Assembly: GCA_964343915.1 (NCBI GenBank)
Contig: CAYFKY010000001.1
Coordinates: forward strand, 6,219 to 70,218
Source of the DNA: an uncultured Polynucleobacter sp.
Lineage (GTDB): Bacteria > Pseudomonadota > Gammaproteobacteria > Burkholderiales > Burkholderiaceae
Length of the DNA stretch: 64,000 bases
Direction of reading: 5' to 3'
The notes under the pieces: generated by a model
Seen by the model: only the letters and a program-made list of their open reading frames with translations
The model's database searches: none
Told to the model about the DNA's origin: nothing
Part shown: positions 59,746 through 64,000 of the stretch, one piece after another
Layout: the number at the start of each line of letters is the position of its first letter
How positions within the stretch are numbered: the stretch's first letter is position 1
Program-made: the position numbers and the translations under genes

Positions 59746-61573
59746 TCCTGAATTTGAATCTGACAAGCCTGTTAATGTGAGTGGGCAAGAGGCTGGTGAA
59801 AATCGCTCAAGCGATTCTGCAGAAGGCACATCTGATCAGGGTGAGCGTCGTAACAAGCGATTTGGACGCGGACCTTTTAACAAAGGGCGCGGTAAGTTCC
59901 GCCCTCGCGGTGAGAAAAAATCGGATGGTGAAAATGTAGATGGTGAAGGCCCTACAGAGAACGCCACTCAGTCTGATGGCTCTGAAGGTGATGAATCTAC
60001 TCAAACTCGCAACCCAAGATCTAGAGGCCAAAGACCGCATAGAGGTGAGCAACGTGGCGATCGTCCGCAAAGACCACAACAAGCAAAACCAAATCCATTG
60101 AGCGAAGAAAGCCAAGCGCTATTTGCCTCAGTGGTTTCTGGAGAGTTTGATGCCTCCTTGGATGCTCCTGAAGCAGAACCTGAAGTAACTCATGAGATGG
60201 TCGCGCAAACCTTGGCTGAGATTGAGGCGGAAGTAGATCAAGAAGGTGAAGATAAAGAGTCTGCTGTTGAAGAAGAGGCCATGCCTGGCTTGCAGTTCTC
60301 AAGCGTAGATGAGTTGCCATTGAGTTTGCGTGATGAAGTTTGGTCAGACCTTGATGATGTTGATGAAGAAGGTTTCGACGAAGACACGGTGAAGTTGCAC
60401 AAAGTCTTAGCTGATGCTGGCATGGGTTCACGCAGAGATATGGAAGACTTGATTATTCAAGGCCGCGTGTCTGTGAATGGTATGCCGGCGCACATTGGTC
60501 AACGTGTAGGGCCAACCGATCAAGTGCGTATTAATGGCAAGATGGTGCATCGCAAGATTCAAACCAAGCCACCTAGAGTCATCATGTATCACAAGCCTGC
60601 GGGCGAGATTGTGAGTCAGTCTGATCCAGAAGGACGTCCTACAGTATTTGATCGCTTACCTAAGGCTAAGCAGGGACGTTGGATTGCGGTTGGTCGTTTG
60701 GACTTTAATACAGAAGGTTTGTTGTTGTTCACAACTTCTGGTGAGTTGGCAAATCGTTTGATGCATCCACGTTATGGCGTAGAGCGTGAATACGCTGCAC
60801 GTATTTTGGGTGATCTAGAGCCAGAGCAAGAAAAGCTATTGAAAACTGGTGTGCAGTTAGATGATGGCGTGGCTCGTTTCTTAAGATTGGTCAGCGGCGG
60901 TGGTGAAGGTGCTAATCGTTGGTATCACGTTGCCTTAACAGAAGGTCGTAACCGTGAAGTTCGTAGAATGTTTGAAGCGGTTGGGCACATTGTTTCTCGT
61001 TTGATCCGAACCCGTTATGGCTTATTTGTATTGCCCCCACGTTTACGTCGTGGTCGTTGGGAAGAAGTGCCATCAGATCAAATTGTTCAGTTAATGAAGT
61101 TGGCAGGACTTAAAGTTCCTCAGGGAATGGGCGATAAACAGCGCCGTGATCCTAGGGAAGGCGGTCATCGTGGTCATCGCGATCAGGGTGGTGGTCAACC
61201 AGACCCAATGCAAACATCTGTTTCTTATTGGGGATCTAAAGATGCCTTGAGACAGGCTTCTAATACCAATCGTTTTTCACAAGGGCATGCCGATGATCGC
61301 GGTGGCAAGTTCAAGGGAAAAAATGGTGGCGGCAGAGGAAAACCGGGTCAAGCGGGCCGATCAGGTGGGTTTGGTCATCGACGTGATGAGGACAGTCAGG
61401 CTGGCGTGCACCACGGCAGTGCATTTGGTGCTGGTGCGGACAAGCCAAGATCTGGTCAAAAGTTTGGCAAAAAAGGACCTGGTCAAGGTTCTCATCGCTC
61501 AGGCCAGGGTCAAAATAGGGGATCCGGTGGCAAAACCGGGGCTAAATTTGGTAAAAAATTCACAAAAAGCTAG
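59738..61573 (+). CDS. rluB: 23S rRNA pseudouridine synthase RluB with long disordered extensions
   Basis: S4 domain 'KLHKVLA..GMGSRR', catalytic '[10 protein letters not shown]' and 'EGRNREVRR'. Confidence 0.92.
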   Translation: MTSPEFESDKPVNVSGQEAGENRSSDSAEGTSDQGERRNKRFGRGPFNKGRGKFRPRGEKKSDGENVDGEGPTENATQSDGSEGDESTQTRNPRSRGQRPHRGEQRGDRPQRPQQAKPNPLSEESQALFASVVSGEFDASLDAPEAEPEVTHEMVAQTLAEIEAEVDQEGEDKESAVEEEAMPGLQFSSVDELPLSLRDEVWSDLDDVDEEGFDEDTVKLHKVLADAGMGSRRDMEDLIIQGRVSVNGMPAHIGQRVGPTDQVRINGKMVHRKIQTKPPRVIMYHKPAGEIVSQSDPEGRPTVFDRLPKAKQGRWIAVGRLDFNTEGLLLFTTSGELANRLMHPRYGVEREYAARILGDLEPEQEKLLKTGVQLDDGVARFLRLVSGGGEGANRWYHVALTEGRNREVRRMFEAVGHIVSRLIRTRYGLFVLPPRLRRGRWEEVPSDQIVQLMKLAGLKVPQGMGDKQRRDPREGGHRGHRDQGGGQPDPMQTSVSYWGSKDALRQASNTNRFSQGHADDRGGKFKGKNGGGRGKPGQAGRSGGFGHRRDEDSQAGVHHGSAFGAGADKPRSGQKFGKKGPGQGSHRSGQGQNRGSGGKTGAKFGKKFTKS

Positions 61574-61702
61574 CCAAAACAGGGGGATTCTAGGTGATTT
61601 CCCTTGGCAGTTTTAGTGACTTCCTATATAATTCAAGTGTTTAGTAGTTCCGGCTAAAGTTGCGTTCAACGTAGGTCGGGCATGTTCTTTTTGTTTAGGA
61701 AT

Positions 61703-61727
61703 ATGGGCTATATGCCCATTTTTTTTT
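61703..61727 (+). promoter_or_regulatory. rimP leader terminator-like hairpin
   Basis: ATGGGC-TATAT-GCCCAT followed by a T-run just upstream of rimP. Matches the GGGC/GCCC rimP-leader pattern known in proteobacteria. Confidence 0.75.
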
Positions 61728-61750
61728 GGTGAAAATTTTTGTAATAGCTT

Positions 61751-62245
61751 ATGGCGAACGAACAAGTTTTGATTGCTGACGCTCTGAAGAGTCTAGGTTA
61801 CCTACTCGTTGACATTGAACGAGAGGGACGTGGCTTGTTGCGAGTAACAATTGAAAACATTGATTTTGAGCGTCCAATTGATATTACAGATTGCGAAAAA
61901 GTGAGTCGTCATCTGAACTACAGCTTGCCTGTTGATAACGTTAACTATGAGCGCTTAGAAGTTTCATCACCTGGTTTGGACCGTCCTGTAAAGACAGTTG
62001 CTGACCATATCCGTTTTGCGGGTTTGGAAGCGAATGTGAAATTACGTGTGGCTCATGCCGGCAGAAAGAACTATGTAGGTGTTTTACAAGGGTTGATCAG
62101 TGGTGATGCTGATTCAATCGATGCCAAGCTGGGTTTGTTGTTGAAGAACGCAGATGGTAGTGAAGCCATGTTTGAATTTACTCTGGCCGAGGTTGAAAAA
62201 ACTCGGTTGGTTCCCGTCGTTGATTTCAAAGGAAGAAAATCATGA
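61751..62245 (+). CDS. rimP: Ribosome maturation factor RimP
   Basis: 'DCEKVSR' and '[14 protein letters not shown]'. Confidence 0.96.
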   Translation: MANEQVLIADALKSLGYLLVDIEREGRGLLRVTIENIDFERPIDITDCEKVSRHLNYSLPVDNVNYERLEVSSPGLDRPVKTVADHIRFAGLEANVKLRVAHAGRKNYVGVLQGLISGDADSIDAKLGLLLKNADGSEAMFEFTLAEVEKTRLVPVVDFKGRKS

Positions 62246-63717
62246 GTCGTGAAGTCCTCATGCTAGCTGATGCATTAGCACGTGAAAAGAACGTTGATAA
62301 AGATATCGTATTCGAAGCGCTTGAGATGGCATTGGCCTCTGCAAGTAAAAAACGCTACGAAGAAGATGTTGATATGCGCGTATCAATTGATCGCAATACT
62401 GGCGAATATGAAACATATCGCCGTTGGTTGGTCGTGCCAGACGAGGCTGGTTTGCAAGAGCCAGACAAAGAGATTCTTTCTTTTGAAGCTAAAGAGCAAA
62501 TTGCTGATATTGAGGTTGGCGACTACATTGAAGAGCAAGTTGAGTCTGTTGCTTTTGGTCGTATCGGTGCTCAAACAGCCAAGCAAGTTATTTTGCAACG
62601 TATTCGTGATGCTGAGCGCGAGCAGATTTTGAATGACTACTTAGAGCGTGGCGAAAACGTCATGACGGGTACAGTAAAGCGTGCTGACAAAAATGGTTTG
62701 ATTATTGAATCAGGTCGTGTAGAAGCATTGTTACGCCGTGACCAAATGATTCCAAAAGAAAATCTAAGAAGTGGTGATCGTGTACGCGGCTTTATTGTGA
62801 AAGTTGATCGTGAAGCGCGTGGCCCACAAATTGAATTGTCACGTACTGCACCACAGTTCTTGATCAAATTGTTTGAGAATGAAGTGCCAGAAATGGAGCA
62901 GGGTTTGTTAGAGATCAAGGGCGCCGCTCGCGATCCTGGTATCCGCGCAAAGATTGCTGTTGTTGCTCATGACAAGCGTATTGATCCAATCGGTACTTGT
63001 GTAGGCGTTCGCGGTACACGTGTAACTGCTGTGCGTAACGAGGTTGCTGGCGAGGCAGTGGATATTGTTTTGTGGTCTGAAGATCCAGCGCAGTTTGTGA
63101 TTGGTGCTCTAGCACCTGCTCAAGTTCAGTCTATCGTTGTTGATGAAGAAAAGCATGCGATGGATGTGGTGGTTGACGAAGAAAACTTGGCAATCGCGAT
63201 TGGCCGCAGCGGTCAAAACGTCCGCTTGGCAAGTGAGTTGACTGGTTGGCACATCAACATCATGACTCCAGAAGAGTCTGCTCAAAAGACTGAAGAAGAG
63301 TCAGAAAAAGTTCGTGCTTTATTCATGGATAAATTGGATGTGGACCAAGAGGTTGCAGACATTTTGATTGAAGAAGGCTTCAATAGTTTGGAAGAAGTTG
63401 CGTATGTACCTTTGTCAGAAATGCTGGAAATTGACGCATTTGATGAAGATACAGTTAATGAATTGCGTACTCGTGCACGTGACTCTTTGTTAACAATGGA
63501 GTTAGCAAAAGAAGAGCGTGTTGAGGAAGTATCGCAAGACTTGCGTAGCTTAGAAGGTATGACTACTAATCTTGTTGCCAAGTTGGCTGAAGGTAATGTT
63601 CATACACGTGATGACCTAGCTGAATTGGCTGTTGATGAGTTGGTTGAAATGACTGGCATCAACGAAGAAGATGCGAAGGCTCTCATTATGAAAGCTCGTG
63701 CACACTGGTTTAACTGA
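62242..63717 (+). CDS. nusA: Transcription termination/antitermination factor NusA
   Basis: '[11 protein letters not shown]', 'ARDPG', '[12 protein letters not shown]' and AR repeats. Confidence 0.98.
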   Translation: MSREVLMLADALAREKNVDKDIVFEALEMALASASKKRYEEDVDMRVSIDRNTGEYETYRRWLVVPDEAGLQEPDKEILSFEAKEQIADIEVGDYIEEQVESVAFGRIGAQTAKQVILQRIRDAEREQILNDYLERGENVMTGTVKRADKNGLIIESGRVEALLRRDQMIPKENLRSGDRVRGFIVKVDREARGPQIELSRTAPQFLIKLFENEVPEMEQGLLEIKGAARDPGIRAKIAVVAHDKRIDPIGTCVGVRGTRVTAVRNEVAGEAVDIVLWSEDPAQFVIGALAPAQVQSIVVDEEKHAMDVVVDEENLAIAIGRSGQNVRLASELTGWHINIMTPEESAQKTEEESEKVRALFMDKLDVDQEVADILIEEGFNSLEEVAYVPLSEMLEIDAFDEDTVNELRTRARDSLLTMELAKEERVEEVSQDLRSLEGMTTNLVAKLAEGNVHTRDDLAELAVDELVEMTGINEEDAKALIMKARAHWFN

Positions 63718-63733
63718 TTCATAAGGGGTTCGC

Positions 63734-64000
63734 ATGGCGACCACGACCGTAGAAGATTTAGCAAAAGAACTGAAGCGAACTCCAGCAGCGTTGCTGGAGC
63801 AGCTTCAGGCTGCAGGTATTAATAAGACATCTGCAGAAGACAAGCTAACTGAGAAAGATAAAACAAAACTATTAGAGCATTTGCAAGTTGCACATGGCTC
63901 TGATGCTGGTGCTCGTAAAAAAATTACTTTAACTAAACGCGAGACAACTGAAATTCGTCAAGCTGACTCTGCAGGTAAAACTCGCACTGTTCAAGTTGAA
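63734..64000 (+). CDS. infB: Translation initiation factor IF-2 (N-terminal part, runs off the window)
   Basis: [15 protein letters not shown]...LLEQLQAAG...[28 protein letters not shown]; follows nusA. Confidence 0.95.
   Translation, partial: MATTTVEDLAKELKRTPAALLEQLQAAGINKTSAEDKLTEKDKTKLLEHLQVAHGSDAGARKKITLTKRETTEIRQADSAGKTRTVQVE

Noticed and set aside
1..64000. CRISPR arrays, IS elements, rRNA and the many 60-136 aa overlapping ORFs
   Set aside because: I saw no regularly spaced repeats, transposase motifs or rRNA sequence. The overlapping ORFs are antisense or alternate-frame shadows of clear genes.

Overview
This is a mostly core-genome window from a free-living Burkholderiaceae betaproteobacterium. 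It looks Polynucleobacter-like, inferred from gene content, gene order and compact spacers. In order, it carries: a DoxX/flavodoxin/pirin redox cluster; a small unexplained 3-gene module (1.9-3.07 kb) bracketed by related TCAG-N6-CTGA palindromes; LMW-PTP, MOSC, hyi, a 2OG-Fe dioxygenase and a penicillin-acylase-family gene; tRNA-Leu(UAA); a TRAP transporter; a lone Nuc-like PLD nuclease with DUF2256 and TIGR03643 genes; tonB-exbB-exbD, murI, class I fumarase, acs and a solute symporter; cytochrome c, fpr and a liv-type ABC system; an accessory-looking block (CzcCBA-like RND pump, serine esterase, stand-alone DUF4118 sensor-like protein) abutting the 3' end of tRNA-Ser(GGA); fabI, yejABEF, NlpC/P60, patatin and an Fe(III)-binding protein with a Fur-like box; the FNR-boxed cbb3 oxidase locus (ccoI-S-N-O-Q-P-G-H, fnr); and scpB-rluB-rimP-nusA-infB (partial). 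I saw no integrase, transposase, CRISPR array or rRNA. The best candidates for something new are the RND/esterase/DUF4118 block, the palindrome-bounded micro-module and a probable 3'-UTR sRNA at about 3.6 kb. All family calls come from reading motifs by eye; no database searches were run.
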